Source: Ruminococcus sp. (GTDB lineage: Bacteria > Bacillota_I > Bacilli_A > RF39 > UBA660). From it: 49,391 nucleotides of DNA. Below, in pieces: positions 1 to 9,829 of the stretch. Position numbers and translations under genes: made by a program. The notes below the pieces were generated by a model. The model was not told the origin of the DNA. It saw only the letters and a program-made list of their open reading frames with translations, and did no database searches. Location: contig JAMPHW010000001.1 of the NCBI GenBank assembly GCA_023663235.1, forward strand, positions 1-49,391, given 5' to 3'. How positions within the stretch are numbered: position 1 is the first letter of the stretch; the number at the start of each line of letters is the position of its first letter.

Positions 1-62
1 TACACAAATTATCTGCAAATTTTATAAAATCTGTAATTTTAAAAAAAATAACACTAATAATG

Positions 63-689
63 TTATTCTTTCTCTGCCACCAAATAATTAATCTTAATGT
101 TATCATTTATAAATTTTGCTTCATATTCCGTTAAGACATTAGGAATATCACTATTAGTTAAATCTAAATTAACGTCTATAAATCTATAGCCATAATTACT
201 TAAACTAACTATAGAACTAGCAAATAATCCCAAATTATCTGTTTTCATAATAATTCTTTTTACGTCTTTAAAAATACTATCATAAATATTCAAGAACACT
301 TCACTTGTAAGCCTTCTTTTAGCTTGTCTTTTCTTAGGCCATGGATCTGAAAAATTTAAATATATTGTTTCAATTTCTTTATCAAAAACATCACATAAAT
401 TTAAAGCATCCAAATTAATAATTCTTAAATTATCTAACTTATCAGGATATTTTTTTATTGCTCTTGCTAAAACATTACTATATTTCTCTATCCCAATAAA
501 ATTAATATCAGGATTATTTATCGCCATTTGATAAATAAAATCTCCTTTACCCATACCTATTTCTAAATGAATTGGTTTATCATTTTTAAATTCCTTATTC
601 CAATTACCTTTATAACTTTTATAATCTTTAATTAAATAAAGACAAGTATCTAAATAATTATCTTTATCCTTTATATTTCTTAAACGCAT
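63..689 (-). CDS. trmB: tRNA (guanine-N7)-methyltransferase
   Basis: LEIGMGKG, GIEKY and LNFSDPWPKKRQAKRRLT motifs; start moved to MRLRN (689) because the longer ORF overlaps the divergent gene. Confidence 0.95.
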   Translation of the reverse strand: MRLRNIKDKDNYLDTCLYLIKDYKSYKGNWNKEFKNDKPIHLEIGMGKGDFIYQMAINNPDINFIGIEKYSNVLARAIKKYPDKLDNLRIINLDALNLCDVFDKEIETIYLNFSDPWPKKRQAKRRLTSEVFLNIYDSIFKDVKRIIMKTDNLGLFASSIVSLSNYGYRFIDVNLDLTNSDIPNVLTEYEAKFINDNIKINYLVAEKE

Positions 690-697
690 AGACAAAA

Positions 698-726
698 TCA
701 CTACTTTCCCAAAACTTGCATATAAT
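698..726 (+). promoter_or_regulatory. possible sigK/sigE-type sporulation promoter
   Basis: TCAC-N17-CATATAAT ahead of an AAAGGA RBS; CATATAAT also contains a sigA TATAAT, so ambiguous. Confidence 0.25.
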
Positions 727-749
727 AGAATTAGAAAGGAAATGTTAGT

Positions 750-1085
750 ATGAAAAAAGACCGAAATACTTTTTTTCAAGAATCACAAGTCTTTAACCAA
801 TCTGGTTTTCCTAATATGAATGTTGCTAATGTTCCATACACTAGTAGCTATTCTAATAATAGCTTTTATGCTGGCCCAACACCAAATATGCAAGCTCCAC
901 TAAATTATAACACACCAACCTATCAAAATCAAAACTATAATGATAATTACAGTGATTTAGAATCTCGCTTATCTAAAATTGAAAGACAAATTAACAGATT
1001 AGATCATCGTTTATCAAAATTAGAAAATACCACTATGTATTCAAATGATGAAATAGATTCTACTAATAATGTTTATATGTTATAG
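750..1085 (+). CDS. hypothetical N/Q/Y/P-rich protein with C-terminal coiled coil (spore-coat-like)
   Basis: RBS AAAGGA; low-complexity N-terminus, then heptads LESRLSKIERQINRLDHRLSKLE. Confidence 0.6.
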   Translation: MKKDRNTFFQESQVFNQSGFPNMNVANVPYTSSYSNNSFYAGPTPNMQAPLNYNTPTYQNQNYNDNYSDLESRLSKIERQINRLDHRLSKLENTTMYSNDEIDSTNNVYML

Positions 1086-1089
1086 GTCA

Positions 1090-2736
1090 TTAAGACCTCT
1101 TTTTTATTTTAAATCTACTTTTAATCTTAGATATAAACTCTTTACCTAATACTTCATCAATTAATTTAAGCTTATAAGCTATAAAGAAATAAATAACGGC
1201 TCCTACTATCGATATTATCGCTACATATATAATACAAGAAAGTCTACTTCCATAATTAACATTTAATATATTTTTTAATATTAATACTCCCATAATCATA
1301 ATTACTAAAGGTATAATACTCTTTTTCATAACTCTAAATATCTCTTGATACTTAAAATCATATTCTTTCCTTAAGAAAAACATTGCTATAATAACTGTTG
1401 TACTAAGACCTATAACTGTCGCCAAAGTAACTCCATAATATGCTGGAACATTAAACATATTTAAAAGTAGCATACAAGGTACATCTAAAATTATATTTAA
1501 AGCTATTCCTGTTATCGCTGCTATATAAACCATTTTAAATTTATTAACACTTTGTAAAGTATAATTAGCTACTGTAAATAGATTAGTAAATAATGGAGCA
1601 AATATACATACAGATAGAATACTAGCACCTAACTTATAATTATCATAAGCATAAAATATTCTCCAAATTGGTGCACTTAACATTGATATACCAACACACA
1701 TAGGAACTGATATAAATATAATTATTTCCATTGCTTTATTAAATTTACGATTAACATCTTTATAATTTTTTAAGGTATATGCCTCAACCATCGCTGGAAT
1801 TAAACTTGATGATAATCCAAGTCCAACTGATGTAATAATAATACATATTTTAACTGCCCAAGTACTAATGCCAGTTGCAATAAATTCTACATCTGCTGTT
1901 GCAAATCCTAAATGTTCCATTGTTCTTAAAAGAAAAAGCATATCTACATTATTATATATTGTAAAAGCAATACTAATAACTATAACTGGTATCGCATACT
2001 TAATTATTTTCTTAATTATTTCTTTATTTGTAATCGCATCTTTTTCCTTAAAATCTTTATCTAAATATAATTCGGTCTTATACTTAAATAATTTTCGATA
2101 AACATATAATAAGGCAAAAGCTCCTCCAACAAAAGCTCCAAAAACCGCTACTCCAACCGCATGTGTAAGTGATAAATGTAAGCAATTTAAAGCAATATAA
2201 CTTCCCCCGATAATCACCGTAACTCGAGCAAGTTGCTCTATTACTTGTGAAAAACTAGATACATAAATTATATTATGTCCCTGAAAAAATCCCCTTGATA
2301 CGCTTAAAAAAGGAAAGACTAATATTGCAAATGATACACATCTAATTACAAAAGCAACATCTTCAGGCGTATTCCCACCTGACATATCAGCAATAATTAT
2401 TTTACCTATTAAAGGAGCTAATAAAAATAAAGCTATAAATGTAATAACAGCAATAACACATAAAATTCTTTTACCTAATTTATATGTTCTAATTTTGGCT
2501 TCCTGTCTATTTAAAGTATTAAATTCATTAACAATTTTACTAACGGCATTAGGAACACCGGCCGTTGATATCTCTAAAAATAAACTATAAATATTATAAG
2601 CATAACCATATAAAGCTTTTCCTTGAGCTCCAATTATTGCACAAAATGGTATAACATATATCATACCTAATATTTTTGTAATAACAATTGCTAAAGTTGC
2701 TATAATAGTTCCTTCTATAAAGGAATTTTTTTTCAT
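1090..2736 (-). CDS. murJ: MOP-superfamily flippase, MurJ/YtgP (SpoVB family)
   Basis: KILGMIYVIPF, YAYNIYSLFLEISTAGVP, RGFFQG, SQVIEQLARV; many TM segments. Confidence 0.85.
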   Translation of the reverse strand: MKKNSFIEGTIIATLAIVITKILGMIYVIPFCAIIGAQGKALYGYAYNIYSLFLEISTAGVPNAVSKIVNEFNTLNRQEAKIRTYKLGKRILCVIAVITFIALFLLAPLIGKIIIADMSGGNTPEDVAFVIRCVSFAILVFPFLSVSRGFFQGHNIIYVSSFSQVIEQLARVTVIIGGSYIALNCLHLSLTHAVGVAVFGAFVGGAFALLYVYRKLFKYKTELYLDKDFKEKDAITNKEIIKKIIKYAIPVIVISIAFTIYNNVDMLFLLRTMEHLGFATADVEFIATGISTWAVKICIIITSVGLGLSSSLIPAMVEAYTLKNYKDVNRKFNKAMEIIIFISVPMCVGISMLSAPIWRIFYAYDNYKLGASILSVCIFAPLFTNLFTVANYTLQSVNKFKMVYIAAITGIALNIILDVPCMLLLNMFNVPAYYGVTLATVIGLSTTVIIAMFFLRKEYDFKYQEIFRVMKKSIIPLVIMIMGVLILKNILNVNYGSRLSCIIYVAIISIVGAVIYFFIAYKLKLIDEVLGKEFISKIKSRFKIKKRS

Positions 2737-2744
2737 TAAACCAC

Positions 2745-2918
2745 CTACTTATTATATATAATCATCGCTGTAAAGCAATATATTTGTTCTTCTCCAAACA
2801 TTGTTATCGCTGTTTGAAATTTAATATCTACAATATCTCCTTCTAAAGTACCTAAAAAACTATTAACTGCTTCTTCTAAATCTTTTTCATGAGATTCGTC
2901 TATTATCTTAACTTTCAT
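2745..2918 (-). CDS. cse60: sporulation protein Cse60 family
   Basis: MKVKIIDESHEKDLEEAVNSFL...DIKFQ...CFTAMIIY; GGAGG RBS before the ATG at 2918. Confidence 0.75.
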   Translation of the reverse strand: MKVKIIDESHEKDLEEAVNSFLGTLEGDIVDIKFQTAITMFGEEQIYCFTAMIIYNK

Positions 2919-2949
2919 AATAACCTCCATGAATAAGATATCATATTCA

Positions 2950-3414
2950 CTATAAAATAAATGTCGAATTAAATAATTTCTTAAATTCTTCTATAACTTC
3001 TAATTTATTATCTCTTCTATTATCCTTAATTATCTTAACAAAGCTATGATAATATTTATCAGTTCTTTTATCATATATTGTAATATCTACTCCTTTAGGT
3101 TCATTTATATTACTTGTAAGTCGTCCCGTAATTCCAACGCCTAAAAAAGAATTAGAAAAATTAGCTATATTATAAGCCATCTCATTAGCAACTTCTTCAC
3201 TATAAACAGTATATTTATCAATAGTTTCACTATTTACACCCATTTTAATTTTATATTCTGAACTATAAGTAACAGCACTAAACTTTAAAATATCACTTGC
3301 CCCAGGAATATCCGTTATTAAACTAGCTAAAAGTCCACCAGTACAAGACTCCATTGTTGCTATTGTTATTTTATTATCAATTAAATATTTAACTATTTCT
3401 TCCAAAGTAAACAC
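2950..3414 (-). CDS. pncC: CinA C-terminal domain / NMN deamidase
   Basis: ATMESCTGGLLAS, PGAS, VTYS..YK, GITG. Confidence 0.85.
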   Translation of the reverse strand: MFTLEEIVKYLIDNKITIATMESCTGGLLASLITDIPGASDILKFSAVTYSSEYKIKMGVNSETIDKYTVYSEEVANEMAYNIANFSNSFLGVGITGRLTSNINEPKGVDITIYDKRTDKYYHSFVKIIKDNRRDNKLEVIEEFKKLFNSTFIL

Positions 3415-3485
3415 CTCTAAAAATTATATTTCTACTATAATTAGTATATCATACGAAAAGTATAAATTAAATAGCTAGATTAAAC

Positions 3486-3517
3486 AAAAAAAGAATAAAT
3501 GATGTTTATTCTTTTTT
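3486..3517 (-). terminator. AT-rich intrinsic terminator after the pilin/VirB6 operon
   Basis: AAAAAAGAATAAA-loop-TTTATTCTTTTTT inverted repeat. Confidence 0.5.
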
Positions 3518-3528
3518 ATTCTATTAAT

Positions 3529-4200
3529 TCATTTTTTAGCTATATCTCTTGCATTAATCAAAGAAAGTTCTGTTCTAAATTTATTAGCTAATTCTAAAAT
3601 TTTATCAATATAACTTAAAGATCTGACGTCTAAAGCTTTAATTTTAGAACCTCCTAAACCTAACATCTCATCAACATCAACAGGCTCTCCTAAAAAAGAT
3701 GATAAATCTAAAAACTTTTTTTTAAAAGAATTTAAGAGAAATATATTGTTATATATTTTTTGAGCATTATCAGCATATATTCTATGTCTAATTGAATCAC
3801 TCATATCAAGAATCTGTGTTAAATTATTCAAAGCAGTATAAAGCAAAAGAATATTTTGATTAGAAAGAGGTGCTCCAATATTAATAGTTATTCTTCTTAA
3901 AGCTAATAAACTAGCTTTTAAAGAATCCTCACCAATTTCTATAAAAGCATCTCTTAATCTAAAATATGTTCCATCATAATAAACTTTTAATAATTCATTA
4001 TTATTACATATTTTTAAAACTTCCATTTCAGCATTAAACTTCTCCTGCTCAGCACTACTTCTTGATAAACTACTATCCCATAATGCCTCTATTTCTTCAA
4101 GTAAAGGTAAAATTTTATCTATGACTTCCTTTTTTCTAGAATTTAAACCATCGGTATCACAAGCCCAATCTTCAATTTTCCTTTTGAAGCTATTATACAT
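3529..4200 (-). CDS. hypothetical helical protein
   Basis: 223-aa ORF; its ATG overlaps the upstream stop (TAATG). Confidence 0.7.
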   Translation of the reverse strand: MYNSFKRKIEDWACDTDGLNSRKKEVIDKILPLLEEIEALWDSSLSRSSAEQEKFNAEMEVLKICNNNELLKVYYDGTYFRLRDAFIEIGEDSLKASLLALRRITINIGAPLSNQNILLLYTALNNLTQILDMSDSIRHRIYADNAQKIYNNIFLLNSFKKKFLDLSSFLGEPVDVDEMLGLGGSKIKALDVRSLSYIDKILELANKFRTELSLINARDIAKK

Positions 4201-6398
4201 TACTTATCTTCCTTTTTCTTAGAAGTACTGCTTCTATCAATTTCACGAGCAGAGATTTTTGTTAATTCTTGTTTTCCAGAAATATCTAATTTATCTAAAA
4301 CCTCTAAATAATCAATAGCATCTTGGTCGCCTCTACCTAAAGCTTCAACAAAATCATCATATTTAGTAATTTTTCTACCATTTCTAACTTCACCTGTTTC
4401 AGCGGTTAAATCAGACCACTTATCAGCACTTAATTGTAAATCTGTAAGTTTTTGTCCGGTTACTCCAGAAGATTCTAACATATTTTTTACATTAGAACTC
4501 GAAATTGTACTAATATCACCATATTTTTCCATAGTTCTTTGAATTTCTAAAGCTTTACCAGCAATTTGATTTATCTTGCTATTAGAAGTTTGTAAAGTTC
4601 TTTCTTGACTATCTTTAACAGCTTTTGCCATGTCAAATTGACGTTTAGCTTCAGCACTAGACATACCAAATTGACTGACTACATCTACTTCACTATGTCC
4701 TTTACTAATGAAATCTTGAACAGCATTATGTAAAGCCTCTGCTTTATTAGCTTCCTCTTTAGCTTTGACAAATCCAGGATCTTTTTTCCAAGAATCTTGC
4801 ATTGCACCAACTAAAGAACCAATAGCATTAATAGCTTCTTTAGTTCTAGCATCAGTTATAGGGTCGTCTCCACTAGCTCCAGCCCATTCAACAACACCTT
4901 TTCCTAAATCTGTAATATTTTTAGCTACGAAAGATTTAGCTTTATATAAAAATTCAGGATAATTATGCTGTTGTGGATGTTGTTGTCTATAAGCTTCTCT
5001 TTCACGAAATTTAGCGGCACTATCCGCTTGTCTTTGTCTTTGCTTATTAATAGCATTTTCAACAGAACTTGAAGCATTTGTTTTTAAATCTTTAAAATTT
5101 TTATATTCTTTGCCTTGTGCAGCATAAGCACTTCTTACACCACTACCTACGGCATTTCTAAATCTGTTAAAATTAGTACGAAAGCCTTGTGCAAAACCCT
5201 CAGGAGATTGATTAGTCGCACTAATACCTCTTACTATACCAGTTACACCTGCACCAAGAGTAGCCGCAGCATTCATAGCACTACCAAAGATATTATACTT
5301 ACCGCCATCTAAACCAGTTAAATCTTTAATTATTCCAGGAGCTTGATTAACAAATAAGATAATACCAACTATGATTAAAGCTTGAGCTATCATAGATACC
5401 ATGAATGCTGCTGGTCCTTCAAAAGATAAAGCAAGTGGCCCACTCCAGAAAGTTTCGCCAATCGCAGCAATTATTAAAACAGCAAAGAATAAAATAGCAA
5501 TTCTAATAAAGACTTCTGTAAAAGTTGATAAAGTTGCTTTTAACCAGTTATTAAAGAATTTACTCATTTGTTCTCCTGGAATAATCCGTGCAAATATAGG
5601 AAGTGGAGCAATAAGTTCATAAACAGCAAGTTTTACTAAACGAACTGCCATATCTAAACAATAACGCATTAAAACAAATAAGACAAAAACACCAGCAATG
5701 ACATCAAAAATAAATAAATAAGTTACATCACCATCTTGAATAGTTGAGGCTAAACTAGCAAGTTCCCAAAATGTGCCATTCGTCTCAGCTTCTTCCCAAA
5801 TCTGCCCATAGGTTTTATTATTAACCTTTAATTCAGTACAACCAAGACTATCCTTATTTAACTCTTGGCCTCTATTTTGGCAATAATCACTATTAGGATA
5901 TAAAAAGGCTTGCCAAACACCAGCGGCAATAGTATAACCTCCATTCGTAATAGTCTCTCCAGTATTTGAACCAACAATAATTTTACCAATAGTATTATAT
6001 CTTAATATTGAATCTTGAACTTCAAAAGCAAAATTAAATATAGTCGGCGTTAAAGCAACTAAAACTATCGAAATAAGAACATTTTTAATTAAATTAACTG
6101 GAGATTGTTTTCCTTTTAAAGCTTCATCTGGATTAATCATACTTCTAAGTAAAGAATAAGCAACTAAAAATAAGACTACAACCCCCAAAATTATATAAAT
6201 TCTGTCAACAAAGCCGTTAATAACACTATTACTAATTAAATTACTACCTTGACATAAAACCAAAAATATTTTATAAATAAAATTTATAAAAGTATAAATA
6301 ACAGCATTTAACCAAAGAAGTATCCAATAGAAAAAGGTCGCAATAGATGCCCCTATTTGGTCAAAAGGCCAAATAGCTATATTTATATATTTTATCAT
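4200..6398 (-). CDS. VirB6/TrbL-like polytopic membrane protein with long hydrophilic C-tail
   Basis: Multiple TMs; RLVKLAVYELIAPLPIF and FNNWLKATLSTFTEVFIRI segments typical of VirB6-like ICE membrane proteins; ~370-aa charged tail. Confidence 0.65.
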   Translation of the reverse strand: MIKYINIAIWPFDQIGASIATFFYWILLWLNAVIYTFINFIYKIFLVLCQGSNLISNSVINGFVDRIYIILGVVVLFLVAYSLLRSMINPDEALKGKQSPVNLIKNVLISIVLVALTPTIFNFAFEVQDSILRYNTIGKIIVGSNTGETITNGGYTIAAGVWQAFLYPNSDYCQNRGQELNKDSLGCTELKVNNKTYGQIWEEAETNGTFWELASLASTIQDGDVTYLFIFDVIAGVFVLFVLMRYCLDMAVRLVKLAVYELIAPLPIFARIIPGEQMSKFFNNWLKATLSTFTEVFIRIAILFFAVLIIAAIGETFWSGPLALSFEGPAAFMVSMIAQALIIVGIILFVNQAPGIIKDLTGLDGGKYNIFGSAMNAAATLGAGVTGIVRGISATNQSPEGFAQGFRTNFNRFRNAVGSGVRSAYAAQGKEYKNFKDLKTNASSSVENAINKQRQRQADSAAKFREREAYRQQHPQQHNYPEFLYKAKSFVAKNITDLGKGVVEWAGASGDDPITDARTKEAINAIGSLVGAMQDSWKKDPGFVKAKEEANKAEALHNAVQDFISKGHSEVDVVSQFGMSSAEAKRQFDMAKAVKDSQERTLQTSNSKINQIAGKALEIQRTMEKYGDISTISSSNVKNMLESSGVTGQKLTDLQLSADKWSDLTAETGEVRNGRKITKYDDFVEALGRGDQDAIDYLEVLDKLDISGKQELTKISAREIDRSSTSKKKEDK

Positions 6399-6417
6399 AA
6401 AATTACCTCCTAAATTA

Positions 6418-6725
6418 CTAACTTATGCCACATGTATTAGCACTATAAACACCCAGTAATCGTAAAACAAATTCAATTAATATCGGTAAAAAGAATATAA
6501 TTACTGCTATTATTAATCTTTTTACAGTGCTATTTATCGCTTTTTTCATTGCATCAGGACTGCTAGAAGCAGTTGCTTTTCCAAACTCTAAAACCGTAAA
6601 AACAAATAATACCACTAATGCAATATATTTTATCAAATTAAAGGTAAATTGTAAATAATAAGCTGGGTCAGGATTTTCTTTATGTTCAGGACTACCAAGA
6701 AGACTAGAGCATTCACCATTTACCG
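6418..6725. repeat. imperfect direct repeat, copy 1 (pilin 3' end)
   Basis: Colinear, gap-free with 7714-8021 (offset 1296 bp), roughly 80% identical by eye. Confidence 0.85.
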
Positions 6726-7677
6726 TAAAATTTAAATTAGTATTAGTAGTTACTCCTCCTGGATTACTGCTTCCTTCTTGACCTACACCTTCCTGCAAAT
6801 TAGAACTATTGTTATATTCATTTGCTTCATCTTCACTAGTTGTTAATTTATAACTTCCTTCTGTATAACTTTCTTCAATAAGAAAAATTGAATTAGGACT
6901 AGGACAAGCAAAATTATTATTATTAACTTGAGCAGCATTTTTTTGTTCATATATGTTACTAACTTCATTCGCTGGTAAAACAATAGTATAAGTATGACCT
7001 TTATTATTTTCTAGCCTTCCAACAGCTCCTGTATTAGTTACTTCTATATTTTGAGCTTTTGCTTCCCCATCTTTATTAAGAAAAACTTTAAAATACTTCT
7101 TACCATTATCATACATTGAAAAGTTAATTGTAAACCCATCAACATCAGGAATAGATTTATCTGTTGTAATATGATAGTCACATGAAGTAACAACCTTTGG
7201 TATATTAGGAGTCTCTTCGTTTCCTTCATAATCAAATAATTCTGTTTTTCCCTCTGACACATTAGTACTATAAGCTACACCATTTAAAGAGGTGTCTTCT
7301 TGAGGTGAAATATTAAAATTTTCGTAATTAAACGCTATATAGGGACATACCTTTTTTTCATAATATTTTTTCATAACCTCAGCACTAAAACTATCCCCAA
7401 CTGTTAAAATAGATGTAAATTGCTTGTTATCTTTAACGTTAAAAGTGCTTACATTACTATGCATTTTTACATTACTATCAACAAATTTTGTATAATCACT
7501 ACCATTTACAATCTCTTTATTTATTGTTTCATCATCATAATAAGTAATTCTATATCTAATATATGTACTTAAATCTATTATTTTAGCATCATATGTGCAT
7601 ACCATTAATTTTTCTTTAGCACTAACACTAATATTAAATGAAAGGATTGTTAATATTAATAATATAGACTTCTTCAC
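6418..7677 (-). CDS. secreted Cys-rich protein with C-terminal VirB2/TrbC-like pilin domain
   Basis: Signal peptide (ISVSA); C-terminal two-TM hairpin LEFGKA...KKAINSTVKRLIIAVIIFFLP; GTG start with AGGAGG. Confidence 0.7.
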   Translation of the reverse strand: MKKSILLILTILSFNISVSAKEKLMVCTYDAKIIDLSTYIRYRITYYDDETINKEIVNGSDYTKFVDSNVKMHSNVSTFNVKDNKQFTSILTVGDSFSAEVMKKYYEKKVCPYIAFNYENFNISPQEDTSLNGVAYSTNVSEGKTELFDYEGNEETPNIPKVVTSCDYHITTDKSIPDVDGFTINFSMYDNGKKYFKVFLNKDGEAKAQNIEVTNTGAVGRLENNKGHTYTIVLPANEVSNIYEQKNAAQVNNNNFACPSPNSIFLIEESYTEGSYKLTTSEDEANEYNNSSNLQEGVGQEGSSNPGGVTTNTNLNFTVNGECSSLLGSPEHKENPDPAYYLQFTFNLIKYIALVVLFVFTVLEFGKATASSSPDAMKKAINSTVKRLIIAVIIFFLPILIEFVLRLLGVYSANTCGIS

Positions 7678-7713
7678 AAAATCACCTCCTTATTTAAATA
7701 CTTTATAATTATT

Positions 7714-8021
7714 CTAACTTATTCCACAAGTTCCTGCATTATAAACCCCAAGTAATTGTAAAACAAATTCAATTAATATTGGTAAAAAGAAAATTATAAC
7801 TGCAATTATTAATCTTTTTACAATACTATTTATCGCTTTTTTAATTGCATCTTGATTACTAGAAACTGTCGCTTTACCAAATTCTACAACCGTAAAAATA
7901 AATAATAAGACTAAAGCTACATATTTCATTACGTTAAAAATAAACTGTAAATAATAAGCAGGGTCAGGATTTTCTTTATACTCTGTACTACCAAGAAGAC
8001 TAGAACACTCTCCATTTACCG
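7714..8021. repeat. imperfect direct repeat, copy 2 (pilin 3' end)
   Basis: Matches 6418-6725. Confidence 0.85.
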
Positions 8022-8787
8022 AAAAGTCAAGACCAAGATTCACTTTAAGTTCTTTATATTTATTTTCTAGATATTCTTCAGTAATCCCATTTTCTGCAGC
8101 CGTATTAGTAGTTACTTCAACATCTGCGGTTGCATCAGCACATTTATCCGCATCATAATCTGAACTTTTTTCATCACAATATTTTTCTTGGTCACTTCGT
8201 GCTCTATTATACGAATCTGTATAATCTCTATCATTAGAACCAGCATAAGGATTAACAGCAATCGTTTTTCCTTTTAAAGTAAACAAATCTGTACTATTAT
8301 ATGTACACTCAGCTTCATCTTCATTTGTTTCACATAAAGTAATTTCATCCATTTTAAAACTTTCATTCCAATTTATTAAAACTCCTTTAGAACATAAAGT
8401 ACTTTCGTCAAAATTTGCTTCTTCATTATATCCTCGTCTTATCAAGCGATTTTTAATACTATAAAATTGAACCCCATCATATTTAAAAATACTATTAAAA
8501 TTTAAAATATCTGTAACCCACATCGTATCACTATCACTTGGGCATTTACTAATAAACGAATTTCCCATTGCACAATAATTCGTACCACCTTTAGTATAAA
8601 TTATTCGATAGTACACTTCTGCATCTCCTAAAGCTGCACCAACGTTATAATAAGTAATAGAAATTTTATTATCTCCTTTTTCATAATTACAAGTTAATTC
8701 ACCTACAGACCAATCAGTAGCATAAACATTACCTATCAAAAGAAAATAACTACAAAAAACATATAATAAAACAATTATTTTCTTCAT
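7714..8787 (-). CDS. secreted Cys-rich protein with C-terminal VirB2/TrbC-like pilin domain
   Basis: Signal peptide (NVYA); C-terminal ~100 aa highly similar to 6418-7677. Confidence 0.7.
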   Translation of the reverse strand: MKKIIVLLYVFCSYFLLIGNVYATDWSVGELTCNYEKGDNKISITYYNVGAALGDAEVYYRIIYTKGGTNYCAMGNSFISKCPSDSDTMWVTDILNFNSIFKYDGVQFYSIKNRLIRRGYNEEANFDESTLCSKGVLINWNESFKMDEITLCETNEDEAECTYNSTDLFTLKGKTIAVNPYAGSNDRDYTDSYNRARSDQEKYCDEKSSDYDADKCADATADVEVTTNTAAENGITEEYLENKYKELKVNLGLDFSVNGECSSLLGSTEYKENPDPAYYLQFIFNVMKYVALVLLFIFTVVEFGKATVSSNQDAIKKAINSIVKRLIIAVIIFFLPILIEFVLQLLGVYNAGTCGIS

Positions 8788-9681
8788 TTAATGGCCTCCT
8801 AAACTAGTGCATCCACTTTGGTTAGGCTTAAACATACATTTTGTACAATTAGAAAATTGATTATTATAAACATCATTAGCATTACTACCTATTATATTTA
8901 TTACAAAATTTAATAAAGTTGGTATAAAGAAAATAATAATACCTGCAATAGCTCTTATTACTAAAGTTTTAGCTGATTTTTTTATTTCATCATCTTTTGA
9001 AGATAAAATAGCTTTGCCAAAATCAATACATCCAAATACAATTAAAATAATAGGGATTAATATTTTAGCTATAAAAAATACCCATCCAATTGTTGTAAAA
9101 ACTCCTAAAACTCTATCAGAGCAAGGATGCTCAGTATCAAATTTACCATCACTACTAGAAGTACTTCCATAAACATATTTATCTTTAACTGTTTTCATTC
9201 TAAGTCTAGCATCTTGACACTTAGCATCATCTTGCAATTCTGGATTATTATTACAATATTTCTCTTCATCTTCTTTAGCCGCTATATATTCTGGATCGTT
9301 TTCATAACTATTATTATTTATATCTCCATTATCTATTTTAGAAGAACTAGCATCATTAGAAAGGGTTCTATAATCAGTTTTGCTAACACTACTAACATCC
9401 GTAATTTTACCTTCTGAACCACTTATTTGAATGTAAAGAGAGCTTGGACATTTATAAGTATTATCAGAAGTTTTAAACGCACTATAAGTTAAACTCATTC
9501 TACTAAAATCTGCAGGAATATTTCCAACTGATTGATTAGTACAACTAACACTATTATTACTAGCAGTACAAGTAATACGCCAATCACCATATTTATAAGC
9601 ACAAACAGCATCTGCTTTAACATCACTTAAAAGTATAAAACAAGCCATAATCATAAATACAAAATACTTTAAGTTTTTCAT
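8788..9681 (-). CDS. secreted Cys-rich protein with C-terminal VirB2/TrbC-like pilin domain
   Basis: Signal peptide (DVKA); KILIPIILIVFGCIDFGKAILS...KKSAKTLVIRAIAGIIIFFIP; GGAGG before the ATG at 9681. Confidence 0.7.
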   Translation of the reverse strand: MKNLKYFVFMIMACFILLSDVKADAVCAYKYGDWRITCTASNNSVSCTNQSVGNIPADFSRMSLTYSAFKTSDNTYKCPSSLYIQISGSEGKITDVSSVSKTDYRTLSNDASSSKIDNGDINNNSYENDPEYIAAKEDEEKYCNNNPELQDDAKCQDARLRMKTVKDKYVYGSTSSSDGKFDTEHPCSDRVLGVFTTIGWVFFIAKILIPIILIVFGCIDFGKAILSSKDDEIKKSAKTLVIRAIAGIIIFFIPTLLNFVINIIGSNANDVYNNQFSNCTKCMFKPNQSGCTSLGGH

Positions 9682-9829
9682 AAACTCCTCCAAAATATAT
9701 AAAAAAATAATATATAAAATTAACCATAATCATTATAACAGACTTTATAGTAAAAAACTAGTAAAATCGTATTTTTATAGCTTTTTTTGCCTTCTAAGTA
9801 TATAATATAATAAGTTTAGGAGGAATTTT

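Noticed and set aside
3529-9681. Complete ICE or conjugative element
   Set aside because: No integrase, relaxase, coupling protein, VirB4 or att-like repeats seen.
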